A program made the translations under genes and the position numbers. Shown piece after piece: positions 25,701 to 38,151 of a DNA stretch of 64,000 bases. The DNA comes from Hypanus sabinus (taxonomy: Eukaryota): positions 12,958,001 to 13,022,000 of the forward strand of contig NC_082712.1 of assembly GCF_030144855.1 (NCBI RefSeq). The letters run 5' to 3'. Position 1 is the first letter of the stretch; every line of letters starts with the position of its first letter. The notes under the pieces were generated by a model, which saw only the letters and a list, made by a program, of their open reading frames with translations, did not search any database and had not been told where the DNA came from.

Positions 25701-27019
25701 ATAGGATTAGGCTGAGCCAGCATGGATTTACCAAGGGCAAATCATGCTTGACTAATCTGTTGGAGTTTTTTGAGGTTGTAACAAGGATGTTAGATGAGGG
25801 TAAGCCAGTGGATGTTGTATACCTAGATTTCAGAAGGCATTCGATAAGGTGCCACATAGGAGATTGGTGAGTAAAATCAGAGCTCATGGCATTGGGGGCA
25901 GGGTTTCAACATGGATAGAAAACTGGTTGGCAGATAGAAAGCAAAGGGTATCAGTGAATGGGTGTTTCTCGGACTGACTGGAGGTGACTAGTGGGGTACC
26001 ACAGGGCTCTGTATTGGGACCACAGCTCTTTACGATTTATGTCAATGATTTAGATGAGGGCATTGAAAACTATATCAGCAAGTTTGCTGACGATACTAAA
26101 CTGGGTGGCAGTGTGACATGCGAAGAGGACGTTAGGAGAATACAGGGAGACTTGGATAGGCTGGGTGAGTGGGCAGATACTTGGCAGATGTCATTCAATG
26201 TGAATAAATGTGAAGTTATCCACTTTGGAATCAGGAACAAGAGGGCAGAGTATTGTCTGAACGGTGTAGAGTTAGGTAAGGGAGAAATGCAAAGAGACCT
26301 AGGAGTCTTAGTTCACCAGTCAATGAAGGTGAATGAGCAAGTGCAACAGGCAGTGAAGAGGGCAAATGGAATGTTGGCCTTTGTTACAAGGGGAATTGAA
26401 TACAAGAGCAAGGATGTCCTTTTGCATTTGTACAGGGCCCTGGTGAGACCACACCTGGAATATTGTGTACAGTTTTGGTCTCCAGGTTTAAGGAAGGACA
26501 TTCTGGCAGTTGAGGAAGTGCAGCGTAGATTCACTAGGTTGATTCCTGGGATGGCAGGGCTGTCTTACGCAGAAAGATTGGAGAGATTGGGCTTGTACAC
26601 GCTGGAATTGAGGAGATTGAGAGGGGATCGGATTGAAACGTTTAAGATAATTAAAGGATTTGATAGGATTGAGGCAGGAAATATGTTCCAGATGTTGGGA
26701 GAGACCAGTACCAGAGGGCATGGATTGAGAATAAGAGGTCAGTTATTTAAAACAGAGTTGAGGAAGAGCTTCTTCTCCCAGAGAGTTGTGGAGGTGTGGA
26801 ATGCACTGCCTCGGAAGACGGTGGAGGCCAATTCTCTGGATGCTTTCAAGAAGGAGCTAGATAGATATCTGATGGATAGGGGAATCAAGGGATATGGGGA
26901 CAAGGCAGGGACTGGGTATTGATAGTGAATGATCAGCCATGATCTCAGAATGGCGGTGCAGACTCGAGGGGCCGAATGATCTGCTTCTGCACCTATTGTC
27001 TATTGTCTATTGTCTATTG
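22780..27019 (+). mobile_element. Young full-length CR1 (5' UTR, ORF1 zinc finger/leucine zipper/SGNH esterase, ORF2 EN-RT with few lesions, (CTATTGT)n tail)
   Basis: ORF 22958..23929 (CSEC..CKRC, GDSIVRG, HVGTND, DGLHLN); ORF2 in pieces 23932..24273, 24289..25179, 25184..25870, 25984..26922 (FADD). Confidence 0.95.
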
Positions 27020-28057
27020 ACTGGCACCTCCTGACTGCAAGATGGATAGATGGGGCTAAATTTGTCAGGTGTGTTCAAGAAGGATTCCTGACAGAGTATG
27101 TGGACCGGCCGATGAGAGGAGAGGCTTAACTGGATCTGGTTCTGGGTAATGAACCTGGTCAGGTGACAGACCTCTTGGTGGGGGAGCATTTTGGTGAGAG
27201 TGACCACAACTCCCTTAGCTTCAGCAGAGCTATGGAAAAGGATAAAAACAGACAAAATGGGAAAGTGCTTAACTGGGTAAGGGCTAATAATGAAGGGATG
27301 GTGTAGGAACTAGCGAGAGTAAATTGGAAACAGATGTTCAAGGGTGAAAGCACAGAAGTAATGTGGGAGAAGTTTAGGGACCAGTTGTGCTGGGTTCAGG
27401 ATAGGTTTGTCCCACTGAGACAAGGAAAAAATGGTAGGAAAAGGGAACCGTGGCTGACAAAACACGTGAGGCAACTCGTCTAGAGGAAGAAGGAAGCATA
27501 TGTTAGATATAAGAAGCAGGAAGCAGGAGGGACTCATGAGAAATATAGGGTAGCCTGGAAGGAGCTTAGGAAAGGACATGGGAGAGCTCGAAGGGGGCAT
27601 GAGAGGACCTAGGCATGTAGGATTAAGGAGAACCCCAAAGTGTTCTATGCATATGTGAAGAACAGAAGGGTGACAAGAATGAAGGTGGGACCCCTAAAGG
27701 ATAAAGCAGGCAACATGTGCCTGGACGCGGAGGAGGTTGGGGAGGTCCTAAATGAATACTTTGCTTCAGTATTCACAAGTGAAAAGGACCTTGATCAGGA
27801 TGAGATCGAAGTAGAGTGGGCCTGTGTGCTGGACAATGTGGAGATTAAGGAAGAAGAAGTATTGGATCTTCTTAAAAACATCAAGATTGATTAGTCCCCA
27901 GGGCTGGATGTGATATACCCCAGGTTGCTGAAGGAAGTGAGAGAAGAGATCACAGGAGCATTAGCTATGATCTTTGAATGCTCTTGGCTGCAGGGGAGGT
28001 GACGGAGGATTGGAGAATGGCAAATGTAATTCCCTTGTTTAAGAAAGGTAATAGGGA

Positions 28058-30831
28058 TCCACCTAGGGCAACCAACATACTCTTTACCTAAATTAGTGCA
28101 ATCCTTTGAACAATATAGTCAATTATCAGGATACAAGATCAACATAGATAAAACCCAATTACTTTCATATAACTATAGCCCACTAAGAGAAATTGAAAGT
28201 CGATATCCCTGGACATGGCACACAGAGTCTTTCAAATATTTGTACATCATTATGCCAAAAGATTTGGCAAAATTATCAGAATGTAATCATCAGCCTTTAA
28301 ATAAAAAAAAGTAAGGAAGATGTGGCAAGATGGAACCAGATTCCTTTTTTCAGTTGAAGTTCAAGGATTGAGTCTATTAAAATTAATATACTGCCCAGAC
28401 TGTTATATCTCTTTAAGACCCTACCAATAGAGATGAATCAAAATCAATTCAATGAACAAGATGTTATCAAGGTATATTTGGCAGAGTAAAAGGCCTAGAG
28501 TTAGTCTCAAAACTTTGCAATTAGCAAAGGAAAAGAGGGGATGGGGCCCACCTTCTCTTAAAGATTATTATTTTGCAGCACTGTTGACAGCTGTGATATG
28601 TTGGTATAACCCATCGTATGACACTCAATGGAAAAACCATTGAGGAGCGGGCACTTCTGATCCCCATACAAGCAATTTTGGCTGATAACACCCTGCAAAG
28701 GTACATAAATACTATTGATAACCCATGGGTGAAATTGATTCTTCAAATATGGAATATAATCTAGAGGATGATATTGCAATTCTTAAATGGTGTGCATATG
28801 ACTCGGATTTTACACCAAATAAATTGGATGCTAGATTTAAGGGCTGGACAGCTAAAGGAATAACAGTTCTTTGCAACATAATAAAAGAAGGAACACTGTT
28901 CAGTTTTGAAATGCTTAAAGAGAAACAGAAAAAACAAGATTTTTATCAGTATTTACAGATGTGACAATATGTTAATAAGATGCTTAAAAATATAACCAAG
29001 GCAAGTACATGCTTGATAGAGCTATTTAGAAAAACATATAATTCAGATAATAGTAGTCGAATCATTTCAAGCATGCATAAGGGGTTGTCAAATCTTAAAA
29101 TACATTCGACTTCATACATTAAAACAAAATGGGAGAAGGAAGGAGGGATAATTATATCTGAGGAAGAATGGACAATATGGAGATATCAATGGAAGTGTTC
29201 CAGTTCACAGAAATGGAGGGAGTTTGGATGGAAAAACTTGATAAGATATTTTATTACACCCTCTCAGAAATCCCATTATGATAGTAACCTCCCTGTTTGC
29301 TGGAGAAATTGTGGAAATCAAAATGCAAATCATATTTTTTGGGACTGCCCTGTTATCAAAGACTATTGGAGGGGGATACACAATGCCCTTCAAGACACCT
29401 TTAAATGTGAAATATCCTTAGAGAGTAAAGATCATATATTTTGGATATATACCTCAAGAATGGTTGAAAAGAGATAAACGTTTAATGAATATACCGTTGG
29501 TGGCTGGTAAAAAGACTCTTCCTAGGAAATGGTTATCACAGGAGAGCCCAACTTTAAATGCATGGATGGAAATTACAATGGACATTTACAAAATGGAGAA
29601 GATAACAGCATCTGTTAATCATAAGCTGGAACAATTTGATTCATACTGGGAAAAATGGTTTAACTACATAATGCCTCATAGGCCTGATTTTATTCTCACA
29701 AATCAATCCGTGTACATACATCTACTGATGCTTCTGGACACATCATCAGTGATGTTCCTGGAATCATCGGGTGTTTCAGGTTTTTCAACATCATACACCC
29801 TCCTCCAGGTGACCCAGCCGGGGCTGATCAGACCCCAGCTTGTGTCCAGATGGCTAGCTACACATGACTCCATGGCTCCACTCTCTTGAGCCACAGCCAC
29901 CTTGAGGTCCTCTCTGCCGCATCGGTGGTACTGTGGATGGCTGTCCACTTCCTCTCTCCCTCGATGCCCAAATTGCCATCGGCTCTGGCTAAGGAATGGG
30001 CTGCAAATCCCCTACAACCAACTTCCACTGGGAGACACCTTGCTCTCCATCCAGCCTGCTGGCAGTTGCTGACCAGTCCTGCATACTTAGATAGCTTCCT
30101 TTCAAAGGCCTCTTCCAAGTGATCTTCCCATGGGACTGTCAGCTCCAGCATCACCACCAGCTTCGTAGGCTCAGACACAAGGACAATGTCAGGTCACAGG
30201 GTGGTGGCAGCAATATGGTTGGGGAAATTCAGCTGCCTTTCGAGGTCCACCAACAGCTGCCAGTCTCTTGCAGAGGTCAGGATACCTGCAGATGTTCTTT
30301 TGGCGGCTATTGGCTGCTCTCCAGCTCTTACAAAGGCAATGGTCTGCTTGGAGGGTCAGGACCGCTTTGCCCACTCCACTCCTGTGCTGATGGCTTCAGT
30401 GATGGTCTTCATGCCTCCATCGGTACCGTCCCTCACCTAGTGCTCTTGTGCAGCTGCTGAGGATGTGCTCCAGGGTTCCTCGCTTGGAACACAGTGAGCA
30501 CACTGATGGCTCTGCTTTGCCCCATGTGTGCAGGTTTGATGGGCTTGGAAGCACATCGTACACCGCCTGGATGAAAAATTGGATGCAGTGTGGCTCGGCT
30601 TTCCAAAGCTCATGAATATGTTGTAAAAAAAGATCACTCCCTAGTTATACATGGTTTTTTTCCTTTTGCTTGTTTTTTCTTTCCTCTCTTTTCTATAAGG
30701 GTATACCTCAGATAAATACTATGTGATTTGTGATATATATGATTATATGATATATATGCACAATGTCTGAAATACATCTTATGGAAATGTTTGTTTGATG
30801 ATGAACTTCAATAAAAAAATTACAAAAAAAT
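28058..30831 (+). mobile_element. 5'-truncated L1-clade ORF2 with poly(A) tail and 11-bp TSD GGTAATAGGGA
   Basis: GYKINIDK...LPRLLYLF and C-terminal CWRNCG...HIFWDCP; AATAAA and A-tail at ~30810-30830; TSD at 28047-28057 and 30832-30842. Confidence 0.88.
29707..30611 (-). mobile_element. HERO/NeSL-like non-LTR fragment with restriction-like endonuclease (RLE), inserted in the L1 3' UTR
   Basis: ORF 29858..30178: ELTVPWE..EEAFERKLSKY..L...C.QAGW.A.CLPVEVGCRGF; L1 sequence rejoins across it. Confidence 0.75.
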
Positions 30832-32087
30832 GGTAATAGGGAGAATCCTGGGAACTATAGACTGGTGAGTCTTATGTCAGTGGTCTGAAAACTATTGGAA
30901 AGGATTCTTAAGGATAGGATCTACGAGTATTTGGAGAAGTACAGTCTACTCAAGGATAGTGAACATGGCTTTGTGAAGGGAAGGTTGTGCCTCACAAGCC
31001 TGATTGAGTTTTTTGAAGAGGTAACAAAAGGAATTGATCAGGGTAGGGCAGTAGATGTGGTCTACATGGATTTTAACAAGGCATTTGACAAGGTCCCCCA
31101 TGAGAGACTCATCAAGAAAGTCATGAGGCATGGGATCAGTGGAACCTTGGCTGTTTGGATAAAAAATTGGCTTACAAGAAGAAAGCAGAGGGTAGTAGTG
31201 GAAGGAAAGTATTCTGCCTGGAGGTCGGTGATAGAGTTCGATCCGGATAAGTGTGAGTTGATGCATTTTGGAAGGACAAACCAGAAGACTGAGTACAGGA
31301 TTAATGGTCAGTTAATTAAGAATGCGGATGAACAAAGGGACCTTGGGGTTCAAATCCATACATCCCTCAAGGTCGCTGCGCAGGTTGATAGGGTAGTTAA
31401 GAAGGCCTATGGGATGCTAGGCTTCATTAATAGGAGGACTGAGTTCAAGAGTAGAGAGGTCATGTTGCAACTCTACAAATCTCTGGTGAGACCACACTTA
31501 GAGTATTGTGTTCAGTTCTGGTTACCTCATTATAGGAAGGATGTGGAAGCTATGGAGAGGGTGCAGAGGAGATTTACCAGGATGTTGCCTGGATTGGAAC
31601 ACAAGTCTTATGAGGCAATGTTAGCAGAGCTGGGACTTTTCTCTTTGGAGCTTAGAAGGATGAGAGGGGACTTGATAGAGGTCTAAAGATCATGAGAGGC
31701 ATAGATAGAGTGGATAGTCAGTACCTGTTTCCCAGGGCACCAATAGCAAACACCAGAGGGCATATGTACAAAGTTAATGGAGGGAAGTTTAGGGGAGACA
31801 TTGGGGTAAGTTTTTTTTTATTAGAGGGTAGTGGGTGCCTGGAATGACTTGCCAGGGATGGTGGAGGAGGCTAAAACATTTGGGGTATTTAAGAGCCTCT
31901 TGGACATGCACATTGATAAAAGAAAAATAGAAGGTTACGGGGTAGTGTGGGTTTAGTACTTTTTTAAAGGAATATATGGGTCGGCACAACATCCAGGGCT
32001 GAAGGGCCTGTACTGTGTTGTAGTATTCTAGTGTTCTAGTGAAACCACCTTCTTCCGGATCAAGGTGCACTCACAAAACATAAGAAA

Positions 32088-32222
32088 GTTGAACATTTTC
32101 AGTACATTAAGTATTACACTGGAGAGGATTCACTGTAGAATTCTCTGTCAAACACACCAGCTCAGGTTGTTGAACACTTTCAGTAAGGTAAGTATCACAC
32201 TGGAGTGGATTCAGTGTAGAAG
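32088..32222 (+). repeat. About 53-bp direct repeat, 81-bp period, 2 copies
   Basis: GTTGAACAYTTTCAGTA...TAAGTAYACACTGGAGWGGATTCASTGTAGAA at 32088 and 32169. Confidence 0.7.
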
Positions 32223-32399
32223 AGATTCAAGTACAGATGAAGATCATGTTCATTGTCATCTGACTGTACATCTCCACAACAAAATGTAACAGCGTTCCTC
32301 TGGAGCACAATGCACCCAGAAAACATCTACGGTATCACATCACACACAGCTCATAATGCAAAATATTCCCACAGCTAAGTTAATAAGTTAATGACTAAT

Positions 32400-33215
32400 G
32401 CCATTACACTGGACTGACTGGTGTTGTTATACTGTATTGATCAGTATTATTACTCTGTATTGATTAGGCTGTAACAGTATAGTGACTAGTGTTGTTATAC
32501 AATACTGACTGGTGTTGTTTCATTGTGGTGATTGTGTTGTCACACTGTACTAATTAGTGTTGTTATACTGCAGTGACTAGTGTTTTTACACTGTACTGAG
32601 TAGTGTTATAATTCTGTAGTGACTAGTGCTATGACACTGTTATGCCTAGTGTTATGCTGTTGTGACTAGAGATGTTACTCTGCAGTGAGTAGTGTTATTA
32701 CACTTTAGTGAATAGAGTGGTCACACTACAGTGACTAGTGTTGTTACAATGTAGTGACTGATGTTCTTACACAGTACTGGTTAATGTTGTTATACTTCAG
32801 TCATTAGCATTATTGCACAGTAGTGACTAGTGTTGTTACACTGCACTGATTAGTGTATTCACACTATAGTGATTAGTATTGTTGCACTGTACTGACTAGA
32901 GTTGTTACACTGTACTGATTAGTGTTATCACACTGTACTGATTAGTGTTGTTACACTGAAGTGACGTCGTACAGTGACTGTACCTACTGGTGGTGTTACA
33001 CTGTAATGGCTAGTGTTGTTACACTGTACTGATTGGTGTTATACTGTACTGATCAGTGTTGTTACACTGTACTGATTGGTGTTGTTACAGCGTATTGATC
33101 TGTGCTGTTTCACTGTAATGGCCAGTGTTTCACTGTACTGATTGGTGTTGTTAGACTGTACTGATTGGTGTTGTTAGACTGTACTGATTGGTCTTGTTAC
33201 ACTCCACTGATTAGT
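32400..33215 (+). repeat. Degenerate 23-bp minisatellite (ACACTGTACTGATTRGTGTTGTT), roughly 30-35 units
   Basis: Direct inspection; units most homogeneous at 32900-33200. Confidence 0.9.
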
Positions 33216-33506
33216 GATGGTGTCAATTGGTTCAACAACTGAATGTCTGAAGGGAATTAGCTGTTCCTGAACGTGGTGGTGTGAGATTTAGGCTTCTCTG
33301 CCTCCAGTCCGATGGGGCTGTTTTATATTCGAAAGAGTTTCCCTAGTTTGAACAGTTTGCAATGAGTGAGACACATGTGGGGGTCTTTTCCTTTGGGTGG
33401 TCACGGAGGGGAGTATTTATTGCTTTGTTGGCTGGAAATTTTGTCAGTGGTTAAACATGTTTGGTGGGGGTTAACTGATATATTCAGGCACCTGTCCTTC
33501 CCTCAG

Positions 33507-33902
33507 CTCCCGGCGAGAGTGTTCCAGTGCTGAACGGGACTGAAGGAGCTTCGGCCACGTTACCCTGTGTGTTCACACGGCCCCCGCAGAACCTCACCGC
33601 ACACACGGTGACGTGGATGAGGAAGGATCCCTACCGACACATCGTCACCTTCAGGCATTATGAAAACGGATCGTGGGCAGTGGAAAACGGAGTGACGCGG
33701 TACAAGCTCGTCGGGGACCCAGAGCTGGGAAACGCCTCGACCAGGATAAAGCAGCTGAGAGTGGAGGACAGTCACAGCTACCTGTGTCTGGCTGAGTTCA
33801 GGAAAAGCCAGCATGATTATTATCATTGGCCTCGCGGAGACCGCGTCAAACCCCCATATATGCATGTGATCCAGAGTGAGATCCAGCTGCAGGTCACCCC
33901 AG
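33507..33902 (+). CDS. Ig V-set exon V2, Siglec-15-related, Arg replaced by Leu, long FG loop (132 codons, phase 1/1)
   Basis: CCTTCCCTCAG acceptor and CAG|GTAAGA donor; EGASATLPCVFTRP, VTWMRK, RYKLVGDP..GNAS.RI..L..EDSHSYLC; ends QLQVTP. Confidence 0.88.
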
Positions 33903-34079
33903 GTAAGAAACCACTGACAGATTCTGCAGGGTATGGGGAGGGTGGGGGGAAGCCTGCTACCATTATCCTTTCTCTAATCAATCCCCACCCCCGAGTTTAT
34001 CTGTCTGTCCCCGAGTGAGATCTGACTGTAGATCAGACCCGGAAAAGAACCCGTCGCCACATTCAAGTTCAAGTTTAAT

Positions 34080-34870
34080 TGTCAATCAGCCACACGTGCA
34101 TACAGCAAAACAAAACAGTGTTCCTCCAGGACAAAGTGTAAAGCAGAGTAGCAACAGCACACAGTACACATCGTTACGAGGCAGAAAAGCATACAGTCAC
34201 AAAAAGACATAATATTGCCCAAGTTCCTGAGTGGTCTGGCTTGGAGCTGGATGGTAGATTGGATATTGTCCTGGTCCAGCTTGTCTCTCACTAAGTGAAC
34301 ACTGGGGGCAGCACTGAGCAAAAGAGGAAGGCAGCACCGATGGGAGGGGCCTGTCCCCAACCCACGACGGACTCCAGCACGTCCACAGAGGCCTCTGCTC
34401 TCTCCCACACCATCTCGGCATCTTCTGCAGTGTTCAGGGATGGGTCGGAACCTCCAGCATCCATTGTATTCTGTGTCCAGACTCCAGGGATGAATGTTAT
34501 ATCGGCCACTCCCAGCCTCAGCTGGTGATGAGTTCCATTTCCCCACCACAACTCCATCTCAGACGGTCCTTCACACAGGGCGGCCCCCAGAACTTCAATG
34601 GACCCCCTGGCGGGGCCTTGCCTGAGCTTGGGAGGAATGAGTGGAGTTCTAACGGAGGATCAGGAAGCTTCCCAGAGAAGATGCACACTCAACGTTTCAG
34701 GAAGAGCTTCTTCCTTTCTGCCGTCGGATTTCTGAATGGACAATCAGAAAAGTGAGGACCAGCTCACTTTCTTCCCTATTTTTCCCTCTTTTGTGTTACT
34801 TATTTAATTTAAAATTATACATGTAGGTATATATTTCTTATTGAAATTTACAGTTTTTAATTAATATGTA
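34080..34870. mobile_element. Rex1/Babar fragments on both strands
   Basis: Minus strand has a decayed CVLSPLLF-like RT segment; plus strand has FRKSFFLSAVGFLNG and the 3' UTR. Confidence 0.55.
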
Positions 34871-35409
34871 TTGCAATGTATAACAGGGTGTCAGGGTGAA
34901 GATACGTCTTTACCAAGGGAGGTGTAAGTCACTCCTTCCCTCCACTCATCTTCACTTTACCCTTGGGAGAGGTGTAGCCCCTGCTTCGCCCCCGATCAGG
35001 GTCACGTGAACCCATGGGATCAGGTGGTGGATGGTCATACAAGCAGCTGGTGCAGATCACAAATTCTGGTTATGTGACCACTGACACCAGGCAGACAATC
35101 TCTGAAGAGTATTGATAATGGCTGGGCTCACCCATCCCGGACAGACACTGCTCAGAAGAAGGTGATGGAAACCACCTCTGCAGAAAAATTGCCAAGAACA
35201 ATCATGGTCATAAACAGGAAAAAATCTGCCGTTGCTGGAACTCCAGAGCAACACACACAAAATACTGGAGGAACTCAGCAGGCCGGGCAGCGTCTATGGG
35301 GAAAGGATCAAAGGTTCATTTTATTGTCAAAGTTTGCATGTAGAATACAACTCTGATATTCACCTTCTCCAGATAACCATGATATCCAGACAAACCATGG
35401 GATTTGTTA

Positions 35410-35870
35410 CATGAAAAGACATCAACCCCACCAGACGAAAGAGAAAAGAAAAATCTCTCAAACCTCAAACCCTCCCCGCCTCCCTCCCTCGCAGAAAAGC
35501 CAAACAGATCACCCACCTGGAAGACAATCGTCAGAAGATCAAAAGCCCCAAGACCCCAACCCCCTCCCTCTCAAAAAATATAGGGCCGACAACACCAAAC
35601 CCAACACCCTCTCCCCACACAGATCACCCACACAGAGAAGCCAACAAGAACATCAGACACCAATCCGTAAATGCTCCCTCACACAAAAAACAATACATAA
35701 TCCCTCTAGAATCCCAACCCACCAATCAGCAACAGGAACATCAATCCCTAACCCCTCCCTCACACAAAGAACAATCCATCAACCCTCTAGAACCCCAACC
35801 CACCAATCAGCAACAAGAAAGAAAACAGAAACTGAAGGAGAGCAAAATAAACTACAGCCCAACAGCCACA
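35410..35870 (+). repeat. A/C-rich low-complexity tract with an internal ~100-bp duplication
   Basis: CCCTCACACAAAxAACAAT...CCCTCTAGAAxCCCAACCCACCAATCAGCAACA occurs twice (~35675 and ~35755). Confidence 0.75.
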
Positions 35871-36269
35871 TCAATCTCAGAATTTCAAACATTCCTCCCA
35901 CCAGAATTGAGTAAACAGTCGATGTTTTGTGCTGAGACTCTGCATCGGAACTCATGAAAGGGCCTGTTCTGCACGGTGTGAGTCCTGATGAAGGGGTCAG
36001 CCTGAAACTTCAGCTGTTTACTCTTCTCCAGAGATGCTGCCTGGCCTGTTGAGTTCCTCCACCATTTTGTGTGTGTTCATCATGGTTAAGAGACTGTGAT
36101 TGCCCACATCACACAACACAGCACATACCGATGATGATGATCGCAATGTACTGCTGCACAAAACACAAGCCGGTGAAATTATCCTAATCCCGATTGCGAT
36201 TCTGCAGAATGTCAGGGGGAGGAGGCAGACAGGACACGATCACAGGGCTCAACCTGTCACATTGATCCA

Positions 36270-37000
36270 TAAGAAGATAAGAAATAAGAGCAGAATTTGG
36301 CCATCCGGCCCATCGATCTTGCCCCGCCATTCAATAAGATCATGGCTGATCTGTCTGTAAACTCAGCTCCATCTCCCTACCTTTCCCCCCAAACCCTTAA
36401 TTCCCTTATTATGTAAAAACCTATCTAAGTGTTTCTTAAATATATTTAGTGAAGAAGCCTCAAATACTTCACTGGGCAGAGAATTCCACAGATTCACCAC
36501 TCTCTGGGAAAAACAGTTTCTCCTCATCCCCATCCTAAATCTTCTCTCCGAATGTTGAGGCAATGCCCCCTAGTTCTAGTCTCACCTACCAATGGAAACA
36601 ACTTTCCTGCTTCTATCATATCTATCCCTTTCAAAATTTTGTATGTTTCTCAATTCGCCTCTCATTCTTCTGAACTCCAGAGAGTATAGTCTTGGGCGAC
36701 TGAATCTCTCCTCACAGGTTAACCCCTTCATCAAGGCAGAAGCCAGCACCCCACCGTGGATTCTGTCTGCACTTCTCACCATCTCTGTGAAACAGAATGC
36801 AAAATCAGAGACCCTCCCATCCACCCTGGACATTCTCTCTTCGGCCCTCTCCCACTGGGCAGAAGATACAACAGCCTGGATGCACGGACCACCAGGCTGA
36901 AGGACAGCTTTTATCCTACAGTTATAACTACGGAGTGGTCCCCCAGTACGATAAGATGGACTCTCCACCTCATTATTTATTTGTTTATTCATTTAGAGAT
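36270..37000. mobile_element. CR1 3' fragment (-) followed by a Rex1 3' fragment (+)
   Basis: RRNCFSQRVVNLWNSLP on minus; HPGHSLFGPLPLGRRYNSL...RLKDSFYP on plus. Confidence 0.75.
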
Positions 37001-37350
37001 ACAGCACGGAACAGGCCCTTCCGACCCAACGAGCCACACCACCCAGAAACCCACCTATTGAACCCACGACGATTTACAATGACCAATTAACCGATGAGCC
37101 GGTCTGTCCTTAGACTGTGGGAGGAAACCGGAGCACCCGGAGGACACAGCTTCAGGATAGAACAATGTCCCTTTAGAACAGAGTTGGGGGGAAATTATTC
37201 AGCCAGACGGTGGTGAATCTGAGGAACTTGTTGCCACAAATGACAGTGAAGGTCAAATCGTGGTCTTTAAGTGGAGGTTGAGAACTTCTTGATTAGAAAG
37301 GACATCAAATTTTATGGGAGATGGCAGTAGAATGGAGTTGAGAAGAATAA

Positions 37351-37828
37351 CAGACAGACAGACATACTTTGTTGATCCCGAGGGAAATTGGGTTTTGTTA
37401 CAGCCGCACCAACCAAGAATAGTGTAGAAATATAGCAATATAAAATCATATATAATTAAATAATAATAAGTTAATCATGCCAAGTGGAAATAATTCCAGG
37501 ACCAGCCTATTGGCTCAGGGTGTCTGACACTCCAAGGGAGGAGTTGTAAAATTTGATGGCCACCGGTAGGAATGACTTCCTATGACGCTCAGTGTTGCAT
37601 CTCGGTGGAATGAGTCTCTGGCTGAATGTACTCCTGTGCCTAACCAGTACATTATGGAGTGGATGGGAGTCATTGTCCAAGATGGCATACAACTTGGACA
37701 GCATCCTCTTTTCAGACACCACCGTCAGAGAGTCCAGTTCCACCCCCACAACATCACTGGCCTTACGAATGAGTTTGTTGATTCTGTTGGTGTTTGCTAC
37801 CCTCAGCCTGCTGCCCCAGCACACAACA
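37351..37828 (-). mobile_element. Rex1/Babar-like 3' fragment with (GTCT)n tail, inserted in an older CR1 3' end
   Basis: ORF 37507..37836 FAVVCWG...INKLIRKA...HPLH...RHRKSFLP; CR1 tail resumes on the right. Confidence 0.75.
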
Positions 37829-38151
37829 GCAAACATGATAACAAACTGGACATGATGGAATGGCGGATAAATCTCGATGGACCGAATGGCCCAGACCTGC
37901 TCCTGTACCTTATGATCTATGGGCTCACTACAGGTTAAAACTTTTTGTACAAATGTTTAATTCTTGTCACTCTGATCTCTACATTCTTATTAATACCCTT
38001 TTTTTATTCCTTCACACACAAGTTATCATCTTTAGTAAAAATCTGCTGAATGATAAATTCATCTGCACAGCGACTGATTTTAATCAGTCCACATTATTGG
38101 TCTCTCCCTCTTTGCCCGAGTCTGGATTGACCTCTCTCACTTTCTCTTCAG

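Larger units (their letters stand above)
21940..32030 (+). mobile_element. Old CR1 serving as host for nested CR1, L1 and HERO-like insertions
   Basis: ORF1 end and EN at 21940-22779; GDFNFPHI continues as DWHLL at 27020; RT resumes at 30832 (ORF 30895..31686); 3' end ~32030. Confidence 0.85.

Noticed and set aside
32161-32193. Micro-exon candidate ending in AAG|GTAAGT upstream of V2
   Set aside because: Stop codon in the phase-1 frame needed to join V2; no ATG or signal peptide; part of a local direct repeat
32400-33215. CRISPR-like periodic array
   Set aside because: Units are contiguous and degenerate with no unique spacers; eukaryotic context; no cas genes
19785-33960. Possible rearranging Ig/TCR/NAR V segments
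   Set aside because: Both V exons include the G strand and end in GT donors; no CACAGTG heptamer or nonamer RSS follows either; no D/J/C segments seen
35411-35914. 167-aa P/T/Q-rich ORF as a mucin-like stalk exon
   Set aside because: Stop-poor because of base composition; no good acceptor; low complexity
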